From positions 1-64,000 of IMG/VR virus record IMGVR_UViG_3300014208_000004: a stretch of 64,000 nt of DNA; one strand, given 5' to 3'. The DNA comes from a virus. The notes below the pieces were generated by a model. That model was not told the origin of the DNA, searched no databases, and saw only the letters and a program-made list of their open reading frames with translations. This document shows, piece by piece, positions 30,141 to 39,922 of the stretch; the first letter of the stretch is position 1, and each line of letters begins with the position of its first letter. Made by a program: the position numbers and the translations under genes.

Positions 30141-30240
30141 GCTGAATACGATCAAAACAAAACTTTCCTTTATTCATCTTCTCCGAGAGGAGAAAACCCT
30201 TTGATCGGGGTTCAGCGATGAGTAAAGGAATTTTTATTTT
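30141..30240 (+). promoter_or_regulatory. Leader with alternative terminator/antiterminator pairings (c4 antisense target-like)
   Basis: Interleaved inverted repeats, a GAGA tetraloop hairpin and a T run; TTGACA at 30097 upstream. Confidence 0.55.
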
Positions 30241-30251
30241 ACGGGGTAGTT

Positions 30252-30731
30252 ATGAAAAAGATTGCGCTTGGAGGAAAGAACGGTGAAGGAAAGTTTGCAT
30301 TAGTTGACGATGAAGACTTTGAAGAACTCAATAAATACAAATGGTATTGCGATGCACATGGTTATGCCAGACGAGATATATGGATCAGTAAAAAAGGAAA
30401 CAAGCCAGTTTTAATGCACAAGTATTTATTAAATGTAGAAAAAGGTTATCAAGTGGATCATAAAAATACTATTCGCCTTGACAATCAAAAATCAAATCTT
30501 AGGAAAGCAACCCTTCAACAGAACAGAAGAAATAAAACAGTACAAAAGAATTCAAAGACACAACTCAAGGGAGTTACCCTTTTTCAAAATGGAAAATTTA
30601 GAGCATATATTAATATCAATTCAAAACAAATACACTTAGGATATTTTATTGAATCAATTGATGCAGCACACGCATATAACGAAGCAGCAATAAACCATCA
30701 TGGTGAATTCGCTAATATAAATAAATTATAG
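30252..30731 (+). CDS. HNH endonuclease with C-terminal AP2 domain
   Basis: ALVDDEDF, VDHKNTIRLDNQKSNLR, KGV, HLGYF and AAHAYNEAA...HGEFA motifs. Confidence 0.9.
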   Translation: MKKIALGGKNGEGKFALVDDEDFEELNKYKWYCDAHGYARRDIWISKKGNKPVLMHKYLLNVEKGYQVDHKNTIRLDNQKSNLRKATLQQNRRNKTVQKNSKTQLKGVTLFQNGKFRAYININSKQIHLGYFIESIDAAHAYNEAAINHHGEFANINKL

Positions 30732-30739
30732 GAGTTAAA

Positions 30740-31942
30740 ATGTTTACCCTTATTCATAGTGCCGATTGGCATTGCGATCCAGAAAAATACGAGGATGTAA
30801 AGACGGCAACTGATGCAATCATTAAATCACTTCAAGAAAAGAAACCAAACGCACACGTTATAGCCGGAGACATTTGGAATAAACGCCAAGTCTTAAATCA
30901 AGATTCAGCAGTCAAACAAGCCAGAGACGCATTTATCGCATGTGCAAACGAAGCACCAACAATTCTTATAAAAGGGAATAACCACCACGACAATGATGGA
31001 TCGTTAGAAGTATTCCGAAATCTTGATACAAAATTCCCAACGTTTGTAACGGAAACGATTGATAGCATTATTCTTACCAAGAGGATAATGACTGATGAAT
31101 TATCCTTTGTTCCAGCAACAGCACAATATGATGGACTGTATGATCCCCAAGCAATTTTTCATTTGCTTTCATATCCCGAAAAAGGATGGTTTCTGAAAGA
31201 CAAAGAAGGACTTTCCACCGATGAAACAAACTCATTGATATTAGATGAACTCAAAAAAATCTTTATCGGATTTGCAGCAATCAACACCGGACTAAACATT
31301 CCAAAGATATTAGTATTTCACGGGAATGTTGCAGGATCAAAATTGTCAAACGGTCAACTGTTATTTGGACAAGAAGTTTTCATTCCGAAAGAATTTATTG
31401 AACTTGCTCAATGTGATTATGTTGCAGGAGGACATATCCATAAATCCCAAGAATATTATTCAGGATCAATCTTCCACGTCAATCATGGGGAGACAGAGAA
31501 AAAACAAATTAACTACGTTGAAATTGATAACGGTAAAACAACAATGCAACCGATTTACCTTCCCTCAATTCCGTTATCACAACATAACGCATTATACGAC
31601 CAAGTATCAGGAGAAATCTTTGACGCAGACGGTCAGGGAGAACTATTCGACACCGAACCAGACTGGATAGGAGCAAAGTTACGAGTAAGGATCTCATTAA
31701 CCGCCGAGCAAAGCCTAGTAGTATCCGATGAAATGATACAGGCAAAGTATCCAGGAGCATTTGAATATAAAATAGAACGGATCATTGAGACTACGGATGA
31801 AGTCCGATCCGAAGCAATTATCACAGCAACAAAATTGCGAGACAAAGTAGAAATCTGGGGGGAAGCAAAGTCAGTTGAAACCAATGAAGAAATACTTCTA
31901 TTGGCAGACGAAGTTGAACAGGCAGTAGTAACAGAGGGATAA
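30740..31942 (+). CDS. sbcD: SbcD/Mre11-like metallophosphoesterase nuclease
   Basis: HSADWH, IAGD, KGNNHHD, FHG and GGHIHK motifs; adjacent to sbcC. Confidence 0.85.
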   Translation: MFTLIHSADWHCDPEKYEDVKTATDAIIKSLQEKKPNAHVIAGDIWNKRQVLNQDSAVKQARDAFIACANEAPTILIKGNNHHDNDGSLEVFRNLDTKFPTFVTETIDSIILTKRIMTDELSFVPATAQYDGLYDPQAIFHLLSYPEKGWFLKDKEGLSTDETNSLILDELKKIFIGFAAINTGLNIPKILVFHGNVAGSKLSNGQLLFGQEVFIPKEFIELAQCDYVAGGHIHKSQEYYSGSIFHVNHGETEKKQINYVEIDNGKTTMQPIYLPSIPLSQHNALYDQVSGEIFDADGQGELFDTEPDWIGAKLRVRISLTAEQSLVVSDEMIQAKYPGAFEYKIERIIETTDEVRSEAIITATKLRDKVEIWGEAKSVETNEEILLLADEVEQAVVTEG

Positions 31943-31946
31943 ATCA

Positions 31947-32108
31947 ATGACTACTATTACAATAACAGTCAAAACGGAACAAGGCGGAGCATCGATTGAA
32001 CGGACAATATCAACAACTCAAAACGTTGATATGAATGAAGTACGTCTCAATGAAGCAATTCAAAATCTTTTTGCACAATTAAAAGTTGCAAGGGATAAAC
32101 AAAAATAA
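31947..32108 (+). CDS. Small hypothetical protein (53 aa, below the ORF-track cutoff)
   Basis: ATG after GAGGGA; fills the gap between sbcD and sbcC. Confidence 0.45.
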   Translation: MTTITITVKTEQGGASIERTISTTQNVDMNEVRLNEAIQNLFAQLKVARDKQK

Positions 32109-32144
32109 TTATATTCAACTACACAGAAAACAGGAGCCAAACAC

Positions 32145-35057
32145 ATGATACCGCAAAGTCTTAAACTTGTAGGAAGCGTACACATCAAATCAGGACTAAA
32201 CGTTGATACCCTCACAATTGATTTTACAAAATTCCAACCCGGATTAATCGCATTTATCGGGGACAATGGAGCCGGTAAGACCACAATCATTGAACACGCA
32301 ACACCATTCCCGCAAATGGCAAGTTATCAAAGCCGTAAATACTCGGATCATTTCTTCCTAAAGAATAGTGAAAAAGATTTTCGATGGATATATAATGGCA
32401 TTCATTATCGATCATACTTTCAGATTGATGGAGTAACCGGGAAAGCAAAATATTTTCTTTACAAGGAAGATATTCCAGTAAATCAGGATGGGGGATTATC
32501 TAGTTATGTTGAACAGGTAGAAAAAATAATCGGGAGCGCAGACTTATTTTTTAAGTCTCAATTCACAGCACAGAAAGCTACAAACATAGGTTCATTGGAA
32601 CCATCGGAAAGAAAACAAATATTTATGGAAATATTATCCATAGATAAATATGAAAAATATCACAAATACATAAAAGAGAAAACAGATGGAATTGAAAAAG
32701 ACCTTGAAAAATCCCGCAATGAATTAGCATTATATTCCGATGAGTTATCTAATCTCGAAACACTGAAAACAGAACTGCAAACAGTTACGCAAGAATTAAA
32801 CAAACTGCAGTTATCCCAAGGCTTAGATGAAGCATCGTTAAGGGTAAAAGAGAAAGAAAAGATTGAACTGGAATTCAAACTTGCAGAACTCAATACAAAT
32901 CTTGAATTGCTGAAAAAGGAGGAGGCAAAACTATTTGAGAAGGAAACCAACACTCTTTTGCCGTTACGGGGGAAACACCGATCAAAAATTGCATCACTGC
33001 AGACACAGCAAGAGGAACTTGAAAAGACAAAAGCCGAACACAATCTTATCCTTGCCCGGAAAGATGAACTATTGCTTCAAATAAAAAACAGAACCACGGA
33101 AATAAACAACCTTCAGCTGGCTATTACTGGGCAAGACAATATCATTGCAGATCGTTCATTACTGGAAAAAGAAATTGCCGACCTTACCACCAAGCAAATT
33201 GATACAAAGAACCGCTATGAAGCGGAAATCCAACGATTGACTACTAAATTATCGGAGATTAATCCAAAACTTGACCGGACACAGAAGATCATTGACAATA
33301 AAGAGGAGATTAATACCACCAAAGCGAAATTAGATGGACTCAGGGATCAGGAGAAGGTTCATTCAGAGAACAAGGACTTGTTCTATCAAAAGTCAAACCT
33401 TGTCCAAAAAGCAACGGAGAAGTACAATAGCGAATTGAACATTTGGACAAAAAAGCAAAACGAAATTGAAACGCGGTTAATATCATTCCGGCACGATTAT
33501 ATTTCTTTCAACGATAGAATTCAAAATGAGCGTAACTCGTTAAAGAAAGAAATTGAACTATACACAGCATCGGCATCATTAATAGATCAAAAACCTGAGA
33601 ACGATCCACCAGAGATGTATTCAATCTGCAAACTTTTGACATCGGCATTGGATGCAAAAAAGAAAGTTGATGAATTAGAAATAAAACTTTCTGCATTGAT
33701 GGACACAGAACATCCATCATTAAAAACATTATCGGATGTTCAAAAAAGAATTGACGAAACTACACAGAGCCTTGTAATTCATAATGATGCAAAGCCATCC
33801 CGTGAAACAATCACAGCACTTGAAACTGAAACCCAGAACATTGGATATGATATGATTGTACACAAACGAGTGCAATCAGAAATAACAGCACTGGAAACCG
33901 CGCAATGGGAAAAACTCTTTAATGAATTGACGGCAACCGAAGAAACACACAAAACATTGACCGCCGATAAAAAGGAATGTGATCAGTTATTGGAAGCGCA
34001 GAAATCCGAACTCTCCAAAGAACAGCAATGGTACACCACAGCAATTGCAGAACGGCAAACTAAACTCAATGGCATTCCAGAGGCAGAGAGTGCCGATCAA
34101 ATCCGGGAAAAGATTGCACAAAAAGAATCAGATAACCAACGGGATAACAATGCAATCGTTACCGCCGAGACCACAATCAAAAATATCGATCCTCAGTTGA
34201 TACAAATATCGAAAGACCGAGGGATAGAGTTATTGCATTTTACGGAGGAAGAAAGTAAATTACTCCACGAAATAGAAACGATTAAATCAGAAATAGAAAT
34301 CCTTACTGCATCCAAGCAAGATATTATCACTATTGATACAAAAATCAATACTTGCACGAAAGAAATTGAACGCATCACAGCATTAGTTGCAGATCAAAAG
34401 ACACAGATTGACCGATTGACAGAGACCAAAACACTCACAAACAGTAAAATAATATCTGCAGAACAAATGAAACAGAAGTCAGATACAATCCAGGCATTGA
34501 TTGATACCAATCTCAAAAAACTATCCAACTGGAATATCTTAAAGGATGCATGTAGTAACAACGGCATCCCACAGATCGAAATTGACGCAGCCGCCCCCGG
34601 AGTATCACAAATTGTAAACCAAGAATTATCGGAAACATTTGGGAATGAATTCAAAGTCAGATTCATAACCTTGGAGCCATACGCCGATGAAAAAAAAGGA
34701 ATGAAAGAAGTCTTTGAAATAATGATCCAGCAAAATGGAATGGAAGAACGAAAGATAAAAGACTTCTCAGGAGGACAGGCAGTTTGGATCAACAGAAGCA
34801 TTGCTGATGCACTTGCTATTTATGCAATGCGAAAAGAAGGGAAGCATAGTCAAACGAATTTCTTAGACGAAAGTGATGGAGCACTAGACCCAGAAAACAA
34901 GCAACGTTATTTTCAAATGCTTCATAATGCATTTAAGAATGGGAACCGTTACTACACTATTCTTATAACGCACGATCAAAATATCCAGTCTCAGATTCAG
35001 CAAAGAATAAAATTCAACAAGGGAAATTCCACAACACCAATAGAATATCATTTATAG
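32145..35057 (+). CDS. sbcC: SbcC/Rad50-like SMC ATPase
   Basis: Walker A GDNGAGKTT, long coiled coil, signature FSGGQ, Walker B FLDESDGALD, H-loop ITHD. Confidence 0.9.
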   Translation: MIPQSLKLVGSVHIKSGLNVDTLTIDFTKFQPGLIAFIGDNGAGKTTIIEHATPFPQMASYQSRKYSDHFFLKNSEKDFRWIYNGIHYRSYFQIDGVTGKAKYFLYKEDIPVNQDGGLSSYVEQVEKIIGSADLFFKSQFTAQKATNIGSLEPSERKQIFMEILSIDKYEKYHKYIKEKTDGIEKDLEKSRNELALYSDELSNLETLKTELQTVTQELNKLQLSQGLDEASLRVKEKEKIELEFKLAELNTNLELLKKEEAKLFEKETNTLLPLRGKHRSKIASLQTQQEELEKTKAEHNLILARKDELLLQIKNRTTEINNLQLAITGQDNIIADRSLLEKEIADLTTKQIDTKNRYEAEIQRLTTKLSEINPKLDRTQKIIDNKEEINTTKAKLDGLRDQEKVHSENKDLFYQKSNLVQKATEKYNSELNIWTKKQNEIETRLISFRHDYISFNDRIQNERNSLKKEIELYTASASLIDQKPENDPPEMYSICKLLTSALDAKKKVDELEIKLSALMDTEHPSLKTLSDVQKRIDETTQSLVIHNDAKPSRETITALETETQNIGYDMIVHKRVQSEITALETAQWEKLFNELTATEETHKTLTADKKECDQLLEAQKSELSKEQQWYTTAIAERQTKLNGIPEAESADQIREKIAQKESDNQRDNNAIVTAETTIKNIDPQLIQISKDRGIELLHFTEEESKLLHEIETIKSEIEILTASKQDIITIDTKINTCTKEIERITALVADQKTQIDRLTETKTLTNSKIISAEQMKQKSDTIQALIDTNLKKLSNWNILKDACSNNGIPQIEIDAAAPGVSQIVNQELSETFGNEFKVRFITLEPYADEKKGMKEVFEIMIQQNGMEERKIKDFSGGQAVWINRSIADALAIYAMRKEGKHSQTNFLDESDGALDPENKQRYFQMLHNAFKNGNRYYTILITHDQNIQSQIQQRIKFNKGNSTTPIEYHL

Positions 35058-35064
35058 GAGAAAT

Positions 35065-35400
35065 ATGTCAATACCAAACACTAAAAATATGGATAAAGCA
35101 AAAGAACAACTTGACTCCATGATTGATGCATCAAAACAAACAATTGAAAAACTTGAAAAAGAACTTAAAGACCAATACGATGAATGGGGGCACATTGCAA
35201 TAAACCCGGTAGCTACACCAGCGGGAAAACAAAGGTTATGGATAAAGCTCACAGACACCCGATTAAATATTTTGGAAGCCAAGGAACGATTAAGCCAACA
35301 GATTAATGCAGCAACATTCCTTGTTCTACAGGAGCACGGAGTAGCAATCCATAATCTTACATCAATTCTTTTGAATGCAAACACAAAAATTGAACACTGA
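35065..35400 (+). CDS. Hypothetical protein
   Basis: RBS AGGAG. Confidence 0.55.
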   Translation: MSIPNTKNMDKAKEQLDSMIDASKQTIEKLEKELKDQYDEWGHIAINPVATPAGKQRLWIKLTDTRLNILEAKERLSQQINAATFLVLQEHGVAIHNLTSILLNANTKIEH

Positions 35401-35840
35401 TGCAGATCATTGGAAACGTAAATGATAAAGGTGAAATCGTTTTATCTCGGAAGCGATTGCAGGAAGCCGGATTAATATTCAAGGGCAAAAAGATCCTTGT
35501 CGATATAGATATATTCCAGCCAAAGAAAACAAAAGCGCAATTGGGATATTTTCACAAAGGTATTATAGGGACACTTCATGACGTAACCGGTATAGCAAAG
35601 AATAAACTAAGGAACTATTTTAATATGAAATTTCTTCCCGAGGAGGCAGTCAATCCGAAGACTGGAGAATTTACAACAGTTCCAGGATCAACAGCAAGAT
35701 TAAAGAAACTTGAATACTCAGAATTTATTAGCAATGTATATCTTGATTGTTTAGAGATGGGATTCCATCAAATTAAAACCCCAGAAGAATATTGGGATAG
35801 CATCGAAACAAAACCAGAGGAACCAACAGGCACACTATGA
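35400..35840 (+). CDS. ninB: NinB-like recombination accessory protein
   Basis: KTKAQLGYF, GSTARLKKLEYSEFISNV pattern. Confidence 0.6.
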   Translation: MQIIGNVNDKGEIVLSRKRLQEAGLIFKGKKILVDIDIFQPKKTKAQLGYFHKGIIGTLHDVTGIAKNKLRNYFNMKFLPEEAVNPKTGEFTTVPGSTARLKKLEYSEFISNVYLDCLEMGFHQIKTPEEYWDSIETKPEEPTGTL

Positions 35841-37612
35841 AAGCACAACATCCCATAACAATGGAAATTCTCAATCAACATTTAGTTGCATTGGGAAAAA
35901 CAGGATCAGGCAAGTCATCCGTGATGAGAGTAATCATTGAACAACTCTTAGATGCAAAGAAAAGAGTGTGCATTATAGATATTAAAGGAGACTGGTACGG
36001 ATTAAAGTTAGGAGCTGATGGGAAAAGTCCCGGTTATGAAATAATCACCTTTGGAGATTTCAAAAATCCAGATGCAACCGACATCCATATCAACGAGAAC
36101 CATGGAGCCGAGATTGCAAAACTTATTGTCAACGGGAACCGACCTTGTATTATCGGATTCCGGGGATGGATGCCAAGCAAGGTTCATAAGTTTTGGATTG
36201 ACTTCATATCAACACTTTACAACGGGAATAAATCCCCGTTATGGTTAGGCATTGATGAAGTGCATAACTATACCCCAAAAGGGAAAGTGCTCAGTCCAGA
36301 AATAGGTAATAGCATTTATTGGACAAATAAACTTGCCACAGAGGGACGAGGGATAGGATTACGCTTGATTTCAGCAAGTCAGAGGCCACAAAAAGTTCAC
36401 AATGATTTTTTAGCAAATTGCGAAACACTTGTAGCAATGAGAGTAACACATCCATCAGATAAAGAAGCATTTCACGAATGGTTAAAAGAATACTCCGATG
36501 ATAACGCCAGGGGGAACTTAGTTTTAGATTCAGTATCTAAAATGAAAACTGGGGAGGCATTTGTCTGGAGCCCAGAGGCAGGACTATTTGAAAGATTAAA
36601 ATTCCCAATGTTCAAAACGTATGATTCATTTGCTTCACCAAAAGAGGGCAAACAGCGATCATTAAAAGGATGGGCTTCAGTAAACCTTGAAGAAGTCCAA
36701 GCATCACTATCCAAGGTCATTGAAGAAAGCAAGGAGAACGATCCGAAGGAACTTAAAAAGAGAATTCGAGAACTTGAACTCTCTATCAAAAAAATTCAAC
36801 AAGATAAAATTCCTACTCACAATTTTGATGAGAGTAAAAAACAAGATGAGTATTTTCAGAAAAAAGTTGCTGAAATTACATATCACTACGAACAGCAATA
36901 CAATAAATTCAGTAAGGAAGTATCTTTAATTAAAAATGCAATCTTAAAAAACACCGGAAGCATTAAACAAGCGGTGCAGGCACTTGAGGAAATAAATATT
37001 CCAAACGGATCGTTGCAAGACGAATTCAAAGATTATGGAAAGAACTTTATTCAAATTAACAAACGACCAGCATTAGCACCAACACCACAACAACCAGTTA
37101 TAAGATTAGAACAGCATCAAGCAACCATTGATACCTCAGATGATAAACTTGTAGCCGGAGCATTACGAATGTTGTCAGCAGTTACAACAATTCAAACTGG
37201 ATTAACAATGCACCAGGTAAAGGTATTGGGAAATATATCCGATCCCAGCACATTTAGTCGTTACAAATCAATACTTGGAATAAAAGGATATTGGAGAGAA
37301 GACAATAGAAAATTCTATCCAACCAACAAAGGATTATTATATATTTCAAGTTGTGGAATGGAAGAAACACCAATTGACACCAGTAAAATTGTAGAGTTAT
37401 GGATGGGAAACCTTGTTGATGGAGCGCGGAGAATGTTGAAAGTATTAATCAGTTATGAAGGTAGTTTCATTAGCGCAGAAAAATTAATGCAAGAAGCAAA
37501 TATCAACGATCCGAGTACATACAGCCGGTATAAATCAATGCTCACTACTACACATCTTGCAATAGTCAATGGTAGAGAGATTGCAGCAAACAAAGAAACT
37601 CTATTTTTATGA
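35837..37612 (+). CDS. HerA/DUF87-like P-loop ATPase with tandem C-terminal winged-helix-like repeats
   Basis: GKTGSGKS, IIDIKGDW, GIDEVHNY and SQRP; repeated GAxRML...DPST(F/Y)SRYKS unit. Confidence 0.8.
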   Translation: MKAQHPITMEILNQHLVALGKTGSGKSSVMRVIIEQLLDAKKRVCIIDIKGDWYGLKLGADGKSPGYEIITFGDFKNPDATDIHINENHGAEIAKLIVNGNRPCIIGFRGWMPSKVHKFWIDFISTLYNGNKSPLWLGIDEVHNYTPKGKVLSPEIGNSIYWTNKLATEGRGIGLRLISASQRPQKVHNDFLANCETLVAMRVTHPSDKEAFHEWLKEYSDDNARGNLVLDSVSKMKTGEAFVWSPEAGLFERLKFPMFKTYDSFASPKEGKQRSLKGWASVNLEEVQASLSKVIEESKENDPKELKKRIRELELSIKKIQQDKIPTHNFDESKKQDEYFQKKVAEITYHYEQQYNKFSKEVSLIKNAILKNTGSIKQAVQALEEINIPNGSLQDEFKDYGKNFIQINKRPALAPTPQQPVIRLEQHQATIDTSDDKLVAGALRMLSAVTTIQTGLTMHQVKVLGNISDPSTFSRYKSILGIKGYWREDNRKFYPTNKGLLYISSCGMEETPIDTSKIVELWMGNLVDGARRMLKVLISYEGSFISAEKLMQEANINDPSTYSRYKSMLTTTHLAIVNGREIAANKETLFL

Positions 37613-38415
37613 ATTATTGTGATCATATAAATCTTACAAAGCAATCAGGAATTTATAAAATAATCTGTTTGGTGAATGGGAAAATATACATTGGCAGTGC
37701 CAAAAATATAAAAGAGCGATTCAAACTCCATTTAATATACTTGAACAAAAACAAACATAAAAATTCTCATCTTCAGTATGCTTTTAATCTTTACGGAGAG
37801 AAAAATTTCATCTTTACTATAATTGAATTTGTAAATATTGAGAACTTAATTGAACGAGAACAATATTGGTTAGATGCTACAAAATGTTATGATCGAACCA
37901 TAGGATTCAATATTTGTTTGAAAGCTAATAGTAGTTTAGGAGTAAAAAGAACACCAGAGTTTAAAGAGAAAATTAGACTTCAAAATCTTAATAGAGATAA
38001 GGAAACAAAGGAACGAACTATTGCCGCCGTCAAAAAAGCGAACACGGGAAGAAAAGGATGGAACCGGGGAATAAAAATGTGGGAAACAAGAACCCATCCA
38101 AGAGGAGGATTAGGGAAGAAATATCCGAATAGAATTTTGACACCCGAAGGTTATAAAAAAAGATGTATTGCTAATAGACGTGACAGAGGTGAAAAATATA
38201 AAGAACTTAGAAGATTAATTAAATCAAAAACGCACTATTTCATAACTCCTGATGGTAAAGAGATAGTAATATTCAATCTTAAATTATTTTGTGCCGAGAA
38301 TAACCTTAATCAAGGACATATGAATCAAGTATCAATCGGAAACGAACCTATTCATAAAGGATGGACAAAAAATAAAAATTATGCGCTTTCTCCACCATTA
38401 TTAAAACAAGCGTAA
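37609..38415 (+). CDS. GIY-YIG homing endonuclease
   Basis: SGIYKIICLVNGKIYIGSA, EREQYW and GFN motifs; NUMOD-like C-terminus. Confidence 0.9.
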   Translation: MNYCDHINLTKQSGIYKIICLVNGKIYIGSAKNIKERFKLHLIYLNKNKHKNSHLQYAFNLYGEKNFIFTIIEFVNIENLIEREQYWLDATKCYDRTIGFNICLKANSSLGVKRTPEFKEKIRLQNLNRDKETKERTIAAVKKANTGRKGWNRGIKMWETRTHPRGGLGKKYPNRILTPEGYKKRCIANRRDRGEKYKELRRLIKSKTHYFITPDGKEIVIFNLKLFCAENNLNQGHMNQVSIGNEPIHKGWTKNKNYALSPPLLKQA

Positions 38416-38460
38416 TTTATAGGTACAATCAATCAAATTTAAGCCACGTTGAACAAAACT

Positions 38461-39327
38461 ATGGAAATTGATAATCAACACACAGAAAACCAACGAATAA
38501 ACGTTTTTAACCTATTTGTAGGATCATTTTTACCAAATTGGTTGCAACGGCGCAAAGAAATTAGTGATGTATCAAAAATTTTATACTCTCGATTATGTCA
38601 ATATGCCGGAGTAGATGGAGAATGTTTTCCACAACAGGAAACCCTTGCAGACGATATAGGAACGAGTGTTAGAACAATTAAATTAAGGATACAGGAATTA
38701 GTAAAATTAAGGCTTATTGAGGTTAAGCAAAACGGATTAAATAAGCCAAATAATTACTATTTTTTGAAACACGAATGGATGTTTGAAAATCCAAAAGATA
38801 CAAAAATAAAAAATTCGGAAGTGCTAAAAATGGCACTTCCAGAAGTGCTAAATAATGTAACTGATAATACTAAAAGTGGCACTTCTAAGAGTGCTAAAAA
38901 TGGCACTTCCCTCAATAAAGAGAATCAATTAAGAGAATCAATTAAGAAAGTCTTTGCAGACGATTCTTTAGAAATTAGAATTAGTAAATATTTATTTAAG
39001 AATATTCAGGTGAATTATCCAAAAGCCAGAGAACCGGATTTCCAAAAATGGGCAGAACATGTTGACTACATGCTCAGGCTTGATAAAATAACCGAAAAAG
39101 AAATAGCCGATGTAATCCAATGGATACAAATCTACAGGGGAGGGAATGGGTTTACCTGGAAAGCAAATATATTATCGACAAAAACACTGAGAGAAAAATT
39201 TCCAACAATGAAAATACAGATGGAGACAAAAGGAAATGGGAAATCAAATAATACTAAAGCCGGAGGATCAACTACAATTGGAGACCTTCAAGAAACGTTT
39301 AGACAAACTCCAATCCGTCAGTCCTGA
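38461..39327 (+). CDS. Phage replication initiator (N-terminal HTH)
   Basis: KILYSRLCQYAG, CFPQQETLADDIGTSVRTI and NNYY; C-terminal WKANILSTKTLREKF. Confidence 0.8.
   Translation: MEIDNQHTENQRINVFNLFVGSFLPNWLQRRKEISDVSKILYSRLCQYAGVDGECFPQQETLADDIGTSVRTIKLRIQELVKLRLIEVKQNGLNKPNNYYFLKHEWMFENPKDTKIKNSEVLKMALPEVLNNVTDNTKSGTSKSAKNGTSLNKENQLRESIKKVFADDSLEIRISKYLFKNIQVNYPKAREPDFQKWAEHVDYMLRLDKITEKEIADVIQWIQIYRGGNGFTWKANILSTKTLREKFPTMKIQMETKGNGKSNNTKAGGSTTIGDLQETFRQTPIRQS
38817..38946. repeat. Iterons inside the initiator gene (probable replication origin)
   Basis: GTGCTAAAAATGGCACTTCC at 38821 and 38891 plus partial copies; AAGAGAATCAATT twice at 38918-38943. Confidence 0.7.
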
Positions 39328-39922
39328 AGATACATTCCGGTATGCAGCGATCCTTGAAATTGTAAAGCACGTTGAAAACAAAAAGCAAATACATCTTTCA
39401 AACGATGAAAGAATAGCATTAGCAATATCACTTCTTAACGAGCCGGAGACGTTAGATCAAATAACAGACCGAGCAGAAATTCTCATTCGATCAACAGATT
39501 ATTCACGGATACCATTTGACGTATGGCTTAACACGAAACGGATGTATACCGAAGAAGAACTAAATTTAAAAGTATACCAAACCATTGAGAACCACAAAAA
39601 ACGAATTCAAGAAGCAAAGACCGCGAACATCAATGAACACATCCTTAATGAAGAATTACTCATATCCGAACAACATATTTACGGACAGCGCATCGATAAT
39701 ATTAAGGAACGAGCAAGAGTAAAGCTCAGGGAACGGTTAAAGAAAGCCGAGCGATTTATAAAGACTGCACCAGACGAAGTACAAGAGCAATTGCTAAAAA
39801 TACTTGCGGAAAGGAATTTACTCACGAATGAAGACCCGCATTGGAAAACAATCATTCGATTATTTGTACCGCATATTTTGATTGAAACTGAAAAAATAAT
39901 GAAAGAAAACAATGTCAAATAA
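39236..39922 (+). CDS. Hypothetical protein (helicase-loader position)
   Basis: Overlaps the 3' end of the initiator; helical. Confidence 0.5.
   Translation: MGNQIILKPEDQLQLETFKKRLDKLQSVSPEDTFRYAAILEIVKHVENKKQIHLSNDERIALAISLLNEPETLDQITDRAEILIRSTDYSRIPFDVWLNTKRMYTEEELNLKVYQTIENHKKRIQEAKTANINEHILNEELLISEQHIYGQRIDNIKERARVKLRERLKKAERFIKTAPDEVQEQLLKILAERNLLTNEDPHWKTIIRLFVPHILIETEKIMKENNVK

Noticed and set aside
30252-38415. HNH-AP2 and GIY-YIG genes as intron-encoded endonucleases
   Set aside because: The flanking genes look complete and unrelated to each other, so both appear free-standing.
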